Below, one piece after another: positions 35,795 through 45,762 of a DNA stretch of 64,000 nt. Origin of the DNA: an uncultured candidate division Zixibacteria bacterium (GTDB taxonomy: Bacteria > Zixibacteria > MSB-5A5 > UBA10806). Made by a program: the position numbers and the translations under genes. Below the pieces are notes generated by a model. The model ran no database searches, was not told the DNA's origin, and saw only the letters and a list, made by a program, of their open reading frames with translations. Location of the stretch: assembly GCA_963801605.1 (NCBI GenBank), contig CAWDFP010000006.1, positions 1,728,001-1,792,000 of the forward strand, written 5' to 3'. Position 1 is the stretch's first letter. Every line of letters starts with the position of its first letter.

Positions 35795-37506
35795 TGCTGG
35801 AGCATCTACATATAGAAAATTTCGCTTTAATCGACAGGCTCGACGTCGATTTTGGCGAGGGTTTGAATGTTTTGACCGGCTCGACCGGCGCGGGTAAATC
35901 GATAATAGTTGGGGCCCTGGATCTCATCTTGGGCGGGCGGGGAAGCGAAGAGATTATCCGAACCGGCGAAGCAGCCTGTATCGTTGAGGGCAGATTCAAG
36001 CTCGACAGCGGCGCTTTAATCAACAAAATAAAAAATAGATATGATATCGAAATTGAAAGTAAGGCCGTTACCATTCGCCGCGAATATAAGCGCAAGGGTG
36101 GAGGACGGGCCTTTATAGAAAGCTCGCAAGTATCACTTGCCGAACTTAAGGACATCGCTGAAGAATTAGCCGATATACTCGGACAGCATTCCCATCAGGC
36201 GCTTTTGGATCCCGCCACGCACTGCGGTTATCTCGATCGGTTTGCGGCCCTGGAAGATAAAGTCATGGAACTTCGAGGCCAGTATAATAAGGTGATCACT
36301 CTGAGAAATGAAATATCGGATGCGGATAGAATCGCTAAAGAGATTAAAGACCGGATCGAACTGTTATCATTTCAGATTAACGAAATCGAACGCGCCGGTT
36401 TAATAATTGGCGAGGAAGAGAAGCTAAAAGAAGAGAAAAAGCTTCTGGAAAACAGCCAGAAGATCAGGGAAACTGTTCAGTGGGCGACCAGGCTTTTGCT
36501 GGAAGATGACGGTTCTGCCATCGAAAAGATAGGAGAAGCGGAGAAAGGGCTGGGTCCGATATTAGCAGCCAGCGATAGAATCAAGGAGATCGCTTCAGCG
36601 CTGGGGGGCGCCGCCGATTCGCTGCGGGATTCGGTTAATACCTTAGAGAGCCTGGTGGCAAAGCTCGATGACGATCCTCAGCGTCTCGAAGAGGTTAATG
36701 TCCGGCTCGATGAGATTTATCGTTTACGAAAAAAATATGGAGCGGGAATCGAGGAGATTCTAAAATTTGCAGAGAAATCCAATACTGAGCTTTCAGGTCT
36801 AAAAGCCAAAGAACTAGATAGCAAGAATCTCAAAATACGATTTGATGAAGCTCTCACCGTACTCAATAATTTGGCACACGAGGTCTCCTCAGCGCGGAAA
36901 AAAGCGAGTTCCGGCCTGGAAAATCTGGTTATTGAAAAGCTTGTCCTTATGGGAATACCGAAAGCGCAGTTTAAGATTGAAATTACTCAAGCCGAAAACC
37001 CTGAGGGTTTTTACAAAGCGGATGATAAGCATGTTTCAGGAGATGCCACGGGATTCGATATTGTTGAATTTCAATTTTGTGCCAATCCCGGCGAAGGAAT
37101 AAAACCGTTAGCCAAGATCGCCTCTGGCGGGGAGATCTCGCGAGTGATGCTAGCGCTAAAAAACGCCTTCCTGCGGATACGGGGAAATACCTGCGAAGTC
37201 TTTGATGAAATCGACGTCGGTATTTCGGGTGAGGTTGCCGGCAAGGTTGCCCGGCAGCTCAAGGAGCTTTCAAAAAAACATCAGGTGATATGTATTACGC
37301 ATTTAGCACAGATTGCCTCGCTGGGCGATCACCATTTCAGGGTATTTAAGAGCACTCAGAAAGGGAGATCAGTTACCCAGGTACAAGCCCTCGATAGAGA
37401 AGAGAGAGTAAAGGAGATAGCGTCGCTGATTTCCGGCGAAAAGATATCCCCCAAAGCTCTGGCAGGAGCCGAGGAGCTCCTGCGGAACGCCGGGGGGAAT
37501 CAGTGA
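35794..37506 (+). CDS. recN: DNA repair protein RecN
   Basis: TGSTGAGKS, coiled coil, ASGGEISR, FDEIDVG, ITHLAQIA. Confidence 0.95.
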   Translation: MLEHLHIENFALIDRLDVDFGEGLNVLTGSTGAGKSIIVGALDLILGGRGSEEIIRTGEAACIVEGRFKLDSGALINKIKNRYDIEIESKAVTIRREYKRKGGGRAFIESSQVSLAELKDIAEELADILGQHSHQALLDPATHCGYLDRFAALEDKVMELRGQYNKVITLRNEISDADRIAKEIKDRIELLSFQINEIERAGLIIGEEEKLKEEKKLLENSQKIRETVQWATRLLLEDDGSAIEKIGEAEKGLGPILAASDRIKEIASALGGAADSLRDSVNTLESLVAKLDDDPQRLEEVNVRLDEIYRLRKKYGAGIEEILKFAEKSNTELSGLKAKELDSKNLKIRFDEALTVLNNLAHEVSSARKKASSGLENLVIEKLVLMGIPKAQFKIEITQAENPEGFYKADDKHVSGDATGFDIVEFQFCANPGEGIKPLAKIASGGEISRVMLALKNAFLRIRGNTCEVFDEIDVGISGEVAGKVARQLKELSKKHQVICITHLAQIASLGDHHFRVFKSTQKGRSVTQVQALDREERVKEIASLISGEKISPKALAGAEELLRNAGGNQ

Positions 37507-38045
37507 AAACTGCGGGATATCTGAAGCGGAATATTCCCAATTTTTTATCGGCATTAAGGATTTTCCTGATTATTCCCTTTATAATGGCCATAGATCATAA
37601 TGATAATTTAGTTGTCATAATTACGGCCGCTACGATTGTTCTGACAGATTTTCTGGATGGCCGGCTGGCGCGGGCCTGGAATGTTATGTCATCAACAGGG
37701 AAGATACTTGACCCGCTGGCCGATAAGCTTTGCACGGCGCTGGCAGGCATAAGCATTGTGCATTTGCGAGGTTTTCCGTTATGGCTTTTGATATTATTTA
37801 TGATCCGCGATTTTGGCATACTCATAGCGGGGCTGGTGCTGATGAAATATCGGAATATAATGCCGGTTTCCGATATGCTTGGAAGATTCGCCATGGGCAT
37901 GGTAGCCGCCTGCCTTTCGATCTATTTGTTTGATGTAAAACCGCTTAAGCTGCCCCTGGTGATTCTAACTGTTATCATGATTCTCGTCTCGGCGATCTCC
38001 TACGGACGATATTTCTATAGAGTAATGAGACGGGAAGCAGTCTGA
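37503..38045 (+). CDS. CDP-alcohol phosphatidyltransferase (PgsA-like)
   Basis: DFLDGRLAR...GKILDPLADK signature. Confidence 0.9.
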   Translation: MKTAGYLKRNIPNFLSALRIFLIIPFIMAIDHNDNLVVIITAATIVLTDFLDGRLARAWNVMSSTGKILDPLADKLCTALAGISIVHLRGFPLWLLILFMIRDFGILIAGLVLMKYRNIMPVSDMLGRFAMGMVAACLSIYLFDVKPLKLPLVILTVIMILVSAISYGRYFYRVMRREAV

Positions 38046-38198
38046 TGCGGTTTTGCTTGAAATTGGCACTAAAAGCTGGTATCATATTATAAATAGGAAA
38101 TCAAAAACCGGATCTAAACCTTTAGGGCTAATTTCCAGTCAAAAATAATGCAACTTGTCTGCATTTTAGGCAGTATGTAAATAGGAGATGAGGAGGAT

Positions 38199-38864
38199 AT
38201 GATGGCTAAAAGATTTTTAATGGTATTCGTCATGTTTGCGCTGATGGCCCCACTTGTCAGCGCCAAAAAAGAAAAAACTATTGTTTACAAAGACAGCACA
38301 TTAACCGACCCCAAATTCGGCTATACGATGAAAGTGGACGACAATTGGAAAGTAAGAAGCCTCAATGAACCCAATATCGAACGAGCTTTCATTGAAAAGA
38401 AAAATTACTCTATTAACCGACTGGTGCAAACCTACGGGGGAGATTATACCATTCCCACGGTAACAATCTACGCCACCGAGTTTAACGGATCGCTTGATGA
38501 TTTCGAAGCTTTATTGCGAAAGAGTCTCGAAGAACATCGTTCGGACAATGAAATAGTATCTAAACTTGGCCTTCTGATGGATAGCGAGATGGTAACCTCG
38601 GGCAATACCGCTATCGATTCTTTAAACGCCAAACAGATTATCTTAAAACGAAATTACAAAAGACTATTGTCCACGGATGCCTATGGCCGTCAAAGCCCCG
38701 AACAACAAGTGGATAAGGTCATAAACGACCACGAAGTGCATGAGATATTTGCCTTCAAAAAAGATAATGTCCTTTTTATCTTTCACGCCTTTTGCGAACG
38801 CGAATTCTACAGCAAGGAAAACAAGGACGAATTTGAGGCTATGGCCGCCTCTATGAAGTTTTAG
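38199..38864 (+). CDS. secreted hypothetical protein
   Basis: 221 aa ORF with GAGGAGG RBS and signal peptide; no family recognised. Confidence 0.75.
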   Translation: MMAKRFLMVFVMFALMAPLVSAKKEKTIVYKDSTLTDPKFGYTMKVDDNWKVRSLNEPNIERAFIEKKNYSINRLVQTYGGDYTIPTVTIYATEFNGSLDDFEALLRKSLEEHRSDNEIVSKLGLLMDSEMVTSGNTAIDSLNAKQIILKRNYKRLLSTDAYGRQSPEQQVDKVINDHEVHEIFAFKKDNVLFIFHAFCEREFYSKENKDEFEAMAASMKF

Positions 38865-38871
38865 ACGATTA

Positions 38872-38926
38872 AAAAATAACCTCAGGATGAAGCCCTTTGA
38901 TGAGCATATATCCTGAGGTTTTTTTA
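38872..38926. terminator. bidirectional intrinsic terminator
   Basis: AACCTCAGGAT...ATCCTGAGGTT flanked by an A run and a T run, between convergent genes. Confidence 0.75.
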
Positions 38927-38963
38927 TTTCTACTTACTTCGACTAACTATTCAATTTCCCTAA

Positions 38964-40394
38964 TCATTTGTTTAGATTTTTGGCGGAATTGATGATTTCC
39001 GATGCGATTGGATCGAAATGGCTTTTTACCAGGTGCCCGCCCCTTAGCTCGATTATCTTAACGTAAGTTGAATCAAGAAGCGGGCAGATATCGTTATCAT
39101 CATTCTCTCCATAAAAACAGGTAATCCGGAGCGTTTTTAGTTTTTCAATTTCCGGCTGAACGGGGACGGCATCCTTGCCCGGGCCGCCTCCCATCCAATC
39201 GGAGAGATGGAATTTAAATTCGGTCTGAGCGCTGGGGCCGATCAAAACCACGAGCTTAACTTTAGAGAACAAGTCTTGAGGCAAGCGGCTGGTCATAAAT
39301 GGAAGGACGTCCGCGCCCAAGGAATATCCGCACAGGATGACTTCGCTTTTATTCCAGGTGGTCAGGTAATAACGCAGGATACGGGCCAGGTCTGCCGACG
39401 CGCGATCGGCGTCTTTTTCTTTCCAAAAATAATGCAATGTATTGAGTCCTACGACAGAAATGCCGCTATCGGACAAAGCTTTTGCCAGGCCGCGATCGGT
39501 GATACCCCAACCGCCATCGCCGGTGAGATGAACCATAAGAATATCGTTTGTGCTATCATTGGAGGGGACTTCCACTAATGGCAGATCGCTCACCTCGGGA
39601 GCCGTTGCTTCAGGCGGACTGTCGGATTTGGCGCTCGCTACCGTAGCGTAAGCCTGCTTAAATTGAGGCATCCAGTTTTTTGGAACCGAAAAGCCATGTC
39701 CGACTTTCGCAAGTTGAAAGATCGTGGCATTCTTCTTAACGAGCTTCACAAATTCAGCGGTATCTTTAGAGCTGCAGACTTGATCAATATCTCCCTGAAG
39801 GACGACCCAGGGAACCTCAAGGGCATCGGATGGCAGAAAGTTGTATCCTTTGCCTTTGGGTTCGGCTGTCCAATTCAGGCCGTTACCGTGACAGAATGGC
39901 TTGGTAACTGGCAGATCCGGGCAAAAACCCATACTGATTCCTCCTCGAAACGTGGTGGTCGGGGCTTGTACCAGGGTGGCATAAACAAGAGTGGCTCCCG
40001 AGGAGTAACCAACCAGAACAGGCGCGGTATAATTATCATACCCATATTTTTTCTGAATGTATTTGCTTAATAGTTCGAAATCGCTGGCGGGAAAAGAACA
40101 CGGCTCGCTTGATTTTTCAAGCTGTTTCAGATAGTGCGTAATATCTATCCCGGCTACCAAAGCGTTCAGCGAAGCAAGCGACCTGGCCATATCGATTACA
40201 CCCAGATTCCAGCCGCCATCCCCCGAAACAAAGAGGACTATATTTTGGGGCTGAGGCGATTGGTAATAAATATGAACAGTCCCGAATCGTCCAAATTGAA
40301 ATGAATCCTCCGAGGCTAAAGCGATTGATGTAAGAGCAAATACGAGGGCCAGCTCCAAGACGAACTTCTTCATGATTTCCTCCCCACTAACCAT
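38964..40394 (-). CDS. AcvB/VirJ family aminoacyl-phosphatidylglycerol hydrolase
   Basis: two alpha/beta hydrolase domains with SGDGGW and TGDGGW; GYSLGAD nucleophile motif. Confidence 0.9.
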   Translation of the reverse strand: MVSGEEIMKKFVLELALVFALTSIALASEDSFQFGRFGTVHIYYQSPQPQNIVLFVSGDGGWNLGVIDMARSLASLNALVAGIDITHYLKQLEKSSEPCSFPASDFELLSKYIQKKYGYDNYTAPVLVGYSSGATLVYATLVQAPTTTFRGGISMGFCPDLPVTKPFCHGNGLNWTAEPKGKGYNFLPSDALEVPWVVLQGDIDQVCSSKDTAEFVKLVKKNATIFQLAKVGHGFSVPKNWMPQFKQAYATVASAKSDSPPEATAPEVSDLPLVEVPSNDSTNDILMVHLTGDGGWGITDRGLAKALSDSGISVVGLNTLHYFWKEKDADRASADLARILRYYLTTWNKSEVILCGYSLGADVLPFMTSRLPQDLFSKVKLVVLIGPSAQTEFKFHLSDWMGGGPGKDAVPVQPEIEKLKTLRITCFYGENDDNDICPLLDSTYVKIIELRGGHLVKSHFDPIASEIINSAKNLNK

Positions 40395-40423
40395 TATCTT
40401 ATCTTCTAAGAAAGCATTAATAT

Positions 40424-41506
40424 CTATTTATCGATTTCCTTGCGTTTCATCAGCCCGGATATCTCGGCGCGAATTTCCTTAAGCTTCATGCCGGTGCGCA
40501 GCAGCGCAAATGAACCGAGAATCCAGAGCGGCAATGTCAGCACTATAAAGGCTACCACCGAGAATCCGGAGGCGGTGGTTTTATCGATGTCGAAAAGGGT
40601 CAATCCTACCACTGTGAAAAATTGATAAGTGCCAACGTTGGAGGGAGCATTGGGAATGGCAATGCCCAATAACTGAATCATCATAACGGCTGCCCCAGAC
40701 CAGAGATTCAATTCGATGCCATATCCTTTCATGATAAACCAGAACGCCAGAATTTGAAATATCAGGAATAAAGGAGAAACCAAAAGGCCGAAATAGAAAG
40801 AGCGCGAGGCCCCCAGAGTTTTAATGCCGTTTGCCAACTTATTTAGAATACCGATCAATCGCCTTATCATTTTCGATCTCGGTTTGGCAGTTTCCTCATT
40901 TTTCTCAAGCTGCTGTTCCCGTCGGATAACCAGCGAAACAAATATGGCTATGAAAACCAGCACTACAACTCCCAGGATATCAGCCGCTCGCATCAGATTT
41001 TTGGGAAGATCAACCAGTAAAGCGGTCAATCCGACTCCCACGCCCAGCCAGATAGCGTCAAAGAAACGCTCAACCATAATCGAGGGTACAACGTTGACGA
41101 AACTGATGCCTTTCCATCGGGAAACGAGATAAGCCCGCACCAATTCCCCGGTTCTAAAGGGTAAAATCTCATTGGTAAAGAGGCCGGTATAGATGGCCTG
41201 GGTGGTTCTGATTACCGGCACATCTCCAACCGGTTTGAGAAGCAAATGCCAGCGATACCCCTGGCTAAGGTAACTGAAAAAATCGAGGATAAGTCCGAGA
41301 ATAACCCAACCCCAGGCGATCTTGCCGATCTGATCGAAAAGGCGCTCTGGATGAATGTCATGAAAGACCCAGATCAGGCAGGCCAGAGCAATAGCGTACC
41401 CCAGAATCTGCTTGAGGATTTGCCCAGGCTTGCGGGTATCGATACTTTCGGGCAGATCCAAAGCCAGGTTTTGTTCTTTCATATCATCGGGTTTTTTCTG
41501 GTTCAC
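40424..41506 (-). CDS. lysylphosphatidylglycerol synthase TM (flippase-like) protein
   Basis: RWHLLL, NEILPFRTGELVRAY, ERFFD, PSNVG. Confidence 0.85.
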   Translation of the reverse strand: MNQKKPDDMKEQNLALDLPESIDTRKPGQILKQILGYAIALACLIWVFHDIHPERLFDQIGKIAWGWVILGLILDFFSYLSQGYRWHLLLKPVGDVPVIRTTQAIYTGLFTNEILPFRTGELVRAYLVSRWKGISFVNVVPSIMVERFFDAIWLGVGVGLTALLVDLPKNLMRAADILGVVVLVFIAIFVSLVIRREQQLEKNEETAKPRSKMIRRLIGILNKLANGIKTLGASRSFYFGLLVSPLFLIFQILAFWFIMKGYGIELNLWSGAAVMMIQLLGIAIPNAPSNVGTYQFFTVVGLTLFDIDKTTASGFSVVAFIVLTLPLWILGSFALLRTGMKLKEIRAEISGLMKRKEIDK

Positions 41507-43221
41507 TTTTTTAACTCGGAAATTTCTCTCAAAGCCAGCGCCATCCGGGGCAAATCCAGAGTGCTTTTATAAATTGCGTATCTTGGCTCCCACGAAGTGG
41601 CAAATTTGGCCTTGAAATTTTTCAGACCAAGATATCTAAATAGAAAATTCAGGTGCTGAAAGAAAAAATGAATGGCTTTCTCCTCGGCGGTCGGGGCCTC
41701 GCCCTGATGAAAACCGGACATCGGAGCCATTCCCATATTAAATCGCAAATAGCCTTTTTCTTTCAATTGCAGAAACAGCTTAATAAAAATAAAATCCATA
41801 ATTCCGTTAGGGGAATCGGGCGTTCTCCTCATCAGATCAATGGTGGCCTCACCGGGGTAATAGGAGGGTATCAGGTTGGCAAAGGCCAACGGTTGATTGT
41901 TTTTATCAATGGCGATAACCAGGGGAGTTGACTTTATGTAATCAAGGTCGAAAAGTCCCAGCGTGAATTGTCGCTCCCGATGCCCTGGGATATTTAGCCA
42001 TTTATTGGAAATCTCCTTGGTTTTATCGATGATATCATCGGGGATTGGCGGTTCATACGTTTCAAATCGAACTCCCAACTCCTCAACTCGGTTGACTGCC
42101 TGCCTGAGCGATTTATGCGCTTTACCCTCAAGAGAAAAGCCGGTTAAATCGACGATTGCATCGTCTCCCACTTTAAGTTTTCGCAAACCCAATCGCTCGT
42201 AAATCTCTATAAAATCCGCTGTGGTTTGATGTAAAGCAACGCCCCACCCGTTTTGGGCGCAATAGCTGATAAAATCCTGAGTTATCGATTCGATTTCATC
42301 CTCAGGTCCAACCGGATCGCCCAGCGCAACGGCGTAATTAGCCCCCACCCTGTAGGCTATCAGGCTTTTACTGGATTCAGAGAAATAAAGGGTTTTATCG
42401 GGCCAGTATTTGAAATAATCCATCGCCGATCGTCCGTGTTTTTCGACAATCTCCCTGGCCTGCTGTAATTCGCGAGGATGAGTCCTGAATTTGTATATCA
42501 TGGGACGATACAAGGCATAAATTGTATAGGCAATCGCGGTAAGACTCATTACATAAAGAGAATTTATGAACCAGGCCGCGTGACTGGTATAGGCCACAAG
42601 CTGGGGATCTCCAATTAACAGCAGGTATCGAATAGATTCGGCGATAGCGTCATTCCAATGAAAATTATACTGGAAATGCCGTCGTTCGATAAACCAAAAT
42701 CCGGCGGCCCCATACGAAATAGCGATCAGGAGAGCCAATCCGGCTCTGAAAAGCGCTCCGGGGAGTGACTGAATACTGCTTTTAACGTTATAGTATTTCC
42801 GAGTTGCAAACAAAATGAGGATCAGAAATAGGGACAGTAGCGATTCTTCATAATGGAGACCTCGAGTCATATGAAAGATGATCGACAGGATCGAGAGAAT
42901 CAGGACCGTTTGAAAGGCGCGTAATTTGCGTCTGTAAATATTTACCGATGAAATTATTAAAGCAAAACCTATCAAAATGGTAAAGAAACGGGAAAGATGA
43001 ATGAACTCCAACGGCAGGATACCGAGCAAGATATCCAACCTTTGAGGCAGGTGTCGGGCTACTATAGAAAAGAGATTGAGGATTCCGCTTATCAATGTAA
43101 TAAGAGACACCAATCTTACCAGCATCAGCGGTAGGTCGAGAGACTTTTTGCGATGCACAGGATTTACTTCAGTAAGTTCCTGTATTTTGGGCGTCAATGC
43201 GCCGGGCGCTGTTAGTTCCAT
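41503..43221 (-). CDS. MprF-like aminoacyl-phosphatidylglycerol synthase (DUF2156) with about 6 TM helices
   Basis: DKTLYFS, ALGDPVG, IDLMRR...NGIMDF, GMAPMSG, GLKNFKAKF. Confidence 0.9.
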   Translation of the reverse strand: MELTAPGALTPKIQELTEVNPVHRKKSLDLPLMLVRLVSLITLISGILNLFSIVARHLPQRLDILLGILPLEFIHLSRFFTILIGFALIISSVNIYRRKLRAFQTVLILSILSIIFHMTRGLHYEESLLSLFLILILFATRKYYNVKSSIQSLPGALFRAGLALLIAISYGAAGFWFIERRHFQYNFHWNDAIAESIRYLLLIGDPQLVAYTSHAAWFINSLYVMSLTAIAYTIYALYRPMIYKFRTHPRELQQAREIVEKHGRSAMDYFKYWPDKTLYFSESSKSLIAYRVGANYAVALGDPVGPEDEIESITQDFISYCAQNGWGVALHQTTADFIEIYERLGLRKLKVGDDAIVDLTGFSLEGKAHKSLRQAVNRVEELGVRFETYEPPIPDDIIDKTKEISNKWLNIPGHRERQFTLGLFDLDYIKSTPLVIAIDKNNQPLAFANLIPSYYPGEATIDLMRRTPDSPNGIMDFIFIKLFLQLKEKGYLRFNMGMAPMSGFHQGEAPTAEEKAIHFFFQHLNFLFRYLGLKNFKAKFATSWEPRYAIYKSTLDLPRMALALREISELKK

Positions 43222-43574
43222 ATTGCCTTTTTGATTTAATACGTTCTCGCTAAGAATTTAGAACCATATTTATGTCGATAAAGCTCCCGATTTGTTTTCA
43301 TTAAAGGAACAAAATTAATAAATTCCTCGTTTTGACTATGAGATTTTCGACAAAAAATGAGACCGCGATAGCTTTATTCGGCCAAATTATGCTTAGATTA
43401 TGGTAATATCATGAATTTTCGGAAAAGTTTCCCTCCCCAAAAACATAAATTACTTGACGAGTGCCCTCTTAATGTAAATATATATAATAAATATTTCGAT
43501 TTTTCCAATATTAAGAGGGATTAATATTTCGTAATCGTAATATTAAATTTAAATTTTAACAAAAAGGAGTTGCT

Positions 43575-44169
43575 ATGCCAATTACCCTGCCGGAACTACC
43601 GTTTTCCAAAGACGCCTTAGAGCCGTATATCAGCGCCAGGACGCTGGAATTTCATCATGATAAACACCATAAGGCTTATGTGGATAACGCCAATAAGTTT
43701 TTGACCGGATCTCCTTTCGAGAAGGAGAATTCCGAGGCTATCATTACCAAAACGGCCAACGATCCCAAACAGATGAGCATCTTTAATAATGTGGCTCAGG
43801 CCTGGAATCATTCTTTCCTCTGGAACTGCATGAAGCAGGGCGGAGGCAAAAAACCAACCGGACCAATTGCTGATCGGATTATGGCTGATTTTGGAAGTTA
43901 CGAAAAGTTTGTCGAGGAAATTAAAAATGCGGGCGCCACCCAATTTGGAAGTGGCTGGGCCTGGCTGGCTCTCGATGGCAACAAATTAAAGGTTTTAAAA
44001 ACCCCCAATGCCGAAAACCCGCTGATCTACGGCATGAAACCGCTTCTGACTATCGATGTATGGGAACATGCTTATTATCTCGATTTCCAAAACCGGAGGC
44101 CCGATTATATCGGCACCTTCGTTGAGATATCTCATAAATTGGGATTTCGTCAATAAGCAGCTCAAATAG
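43575..44169 (+). CDS. sodB: Fe superoxide dismutase; +1 frameshift near 44127
   Basis: [29 protein letters not shown]; corrected end [13 protein letters not shown]. Confidence 0.92.
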
Positions 44170-44197
44170 CTATCTATTATAGGGGCTTAATAAAATG

Positions 44198-44231
44198 AAA
44201 GAGGCGGCATTTTAAGGGTGCCGCCTTTATT
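44198..44231. terminator. bidirectional intrinsic terminator
   Basis: AGGCGGCAT...GTGCCGCCT between convergent sodB and the GH57-like gene. Confidence 0.7.
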
Positions 44232-44252
44232 ATTTATTCAGGTGTAATTTAT

Positions 44253-45521
44253 CTAATCTTTTGCTTCCTCGGCAGGTTTACTGAAGAATCTTTCGAATGG
44301 GATGTTGTTTATTCTCAGGAAGTTTTTCTGCCATTTTTTAAATTCGCCTGCTTTTTCATTTTGCTCAATATCGGCATATAATTTTATCCTTTGTGCGATA
44401 GCAGCCTCTTTGGATTTCAAGCTCGATGATAACAACACAAAAACCGCAATCGCCAGATCGTCGGCAGCCTGCAGAGCATAGGCGCTATTCCACCAGGGAG
44501 TACCGGAAGTCATCAACCAGATGATGCCGGCTGACGCCGAATCGAACATTTCGCGAGCGCGGATATATTGTGGATCGCCTTTGGAACCGGCGTTTTTTAT
44601 CTCAACTGATGCCAGATTAAAGAGCTGCCAGAGAGTGCTTTGAATTGGATTGTCATCATTCTGCCAGAGCAGATACGGTTTGCGCCGTTTCATATCCTGC
44701 GGCCGGGTTTCAGCCGTGCCCTCGGATGCCCTGACGAACTCCTTGCGCTTGATAAATGTGCGTAGCTCGGAGAGAGTTACCTTCTTGAATTTAGCCTCGC
44801 TGTAGAGCGCTTTGACCAGCCCATGCCGTCCTGCATGGCGATACCCGAACGCTTCGGCATCCATAACGGTAATAAAGTATTTATCATTGGCGCATTTTTG
44901 TAGAGCGCTCTGTACATATTCCGCCGCCGATCTTGGCAATTTGCGCGCCCACATAGAGCCCTCAAGCTGGTCGGAAAGCTCACGATGTCTGGGCAGCAGC
45001 ACGACTCCTCCTGCAGATTTGTCCATGTACAGGGTGGAATAACCGGTTGGGCCGCCGTTATAAAAGGATATCTCATCGGTGACTACCCATTTTAAGCCAA
45101 ATCGTGCAGTGGTTTTCGAAACCAATTGCGAATAGGCTAAAAAAGGTGAATACAGCCCGCGAGGTACATAATTTATTCCAAAGTAGCGTTTGCAGATTTT
45201 GTTACTGGCCTCGATCTGGCGGGCGACATCATCCTCATTAAGAAACGGAATAACCGGTTGATACTTGGGGGTCATGGTGAAATCAACCTGACCCTGTTCG
45301 GCCAATTCGGCAATCTTTTTGATAACCTGCCCAAAACCGGTGCGAATCAATAGATCTACAGTGGAACCGGGCAAATTTAGCGAAAATTTGTATTCGGGAT
45401 TATGGGCGAAAATGCGCAAGAGGGGCAAAAAGCTTCGGTTGACGATTTTTTCCAATTCCGCGCGGTCAACATTGGGCGGTTGATACATATTGATCAGATT
45501 GCCCCATAATAAGTTCGCCAT
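44253..45521 (-). CDS. GH57-like protein, probably catalytically divergent
   Basis: NMYQPP, YQPVIPFL, QIE, PRGLYSPFLAY, MDAEAFG match GH57 conserved regions with substitutions. Confidence 0.7.
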   Translation of the reverse strand: MANLLWGNLINMYQPPNVDRAELEKIVNRSFLPLLRIFAHNPEYKFSLNLPGSTVDLLIRTGFGQVIKKIAELAEQGQVDFTMTPKYQPVIPFLNEDDVARQIEASNKICKRYFGINYVPRGLYSPFLAYSQLVSKTTARFGLKWVVTDEISFYNGGPTGYSTLYMDKSAGGVVLLPRHRELSDQLEGSMWARKLPRSAAEYVQSALQKCANDKYFITVMDAEAFGYRHAGRHGLVKALYSEAKFKKVTLSELRTFIKRKEFVRASEGTAETRPQDMKRRKPYLLWQNDDNPIQSTLWQLFNLASVEIKNAGSKGDPQYIRAREMFDSASAGIIWLMTSGTPWWNSAYALQAADDLAIAVFVLLSSSLKSKEAAIAQRIKLYADIEQNEKAGEFKKWQKNFLRINNIPFERFFSKPAEEAKD

Positions 45522-45696
45522 TAATACACCTCTCGTAAAAATCGAATCTTGAAAGCTTTCTTTATCATCACCTTAAGTTAGGCCTACAGGGGCAGTTTGT
45601 CAAGGAGGGGGGAGGGGGATGCTACTTTGATTATTTTGTCGGGTTTCTCGTCAAGGAGACTCGGAATTCAATCTACACAATGTTAAAAATTATATT

Positions 45697-45762
45697 GGCG
45701 CCCAGAGCGCACCTTACACGGGTTGTCAAGATCGTAAGCGTCCCGGCCACTCGGTACGCTAC
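45697..45762. repeat. pair of REP-like GC-rich palindromes
   Basis: GGCGCCCAGAGCGCACC-TTAC and GTAAGCGTCCCGGCCACTCGGTACGCTAC. Confidence 0.4.
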
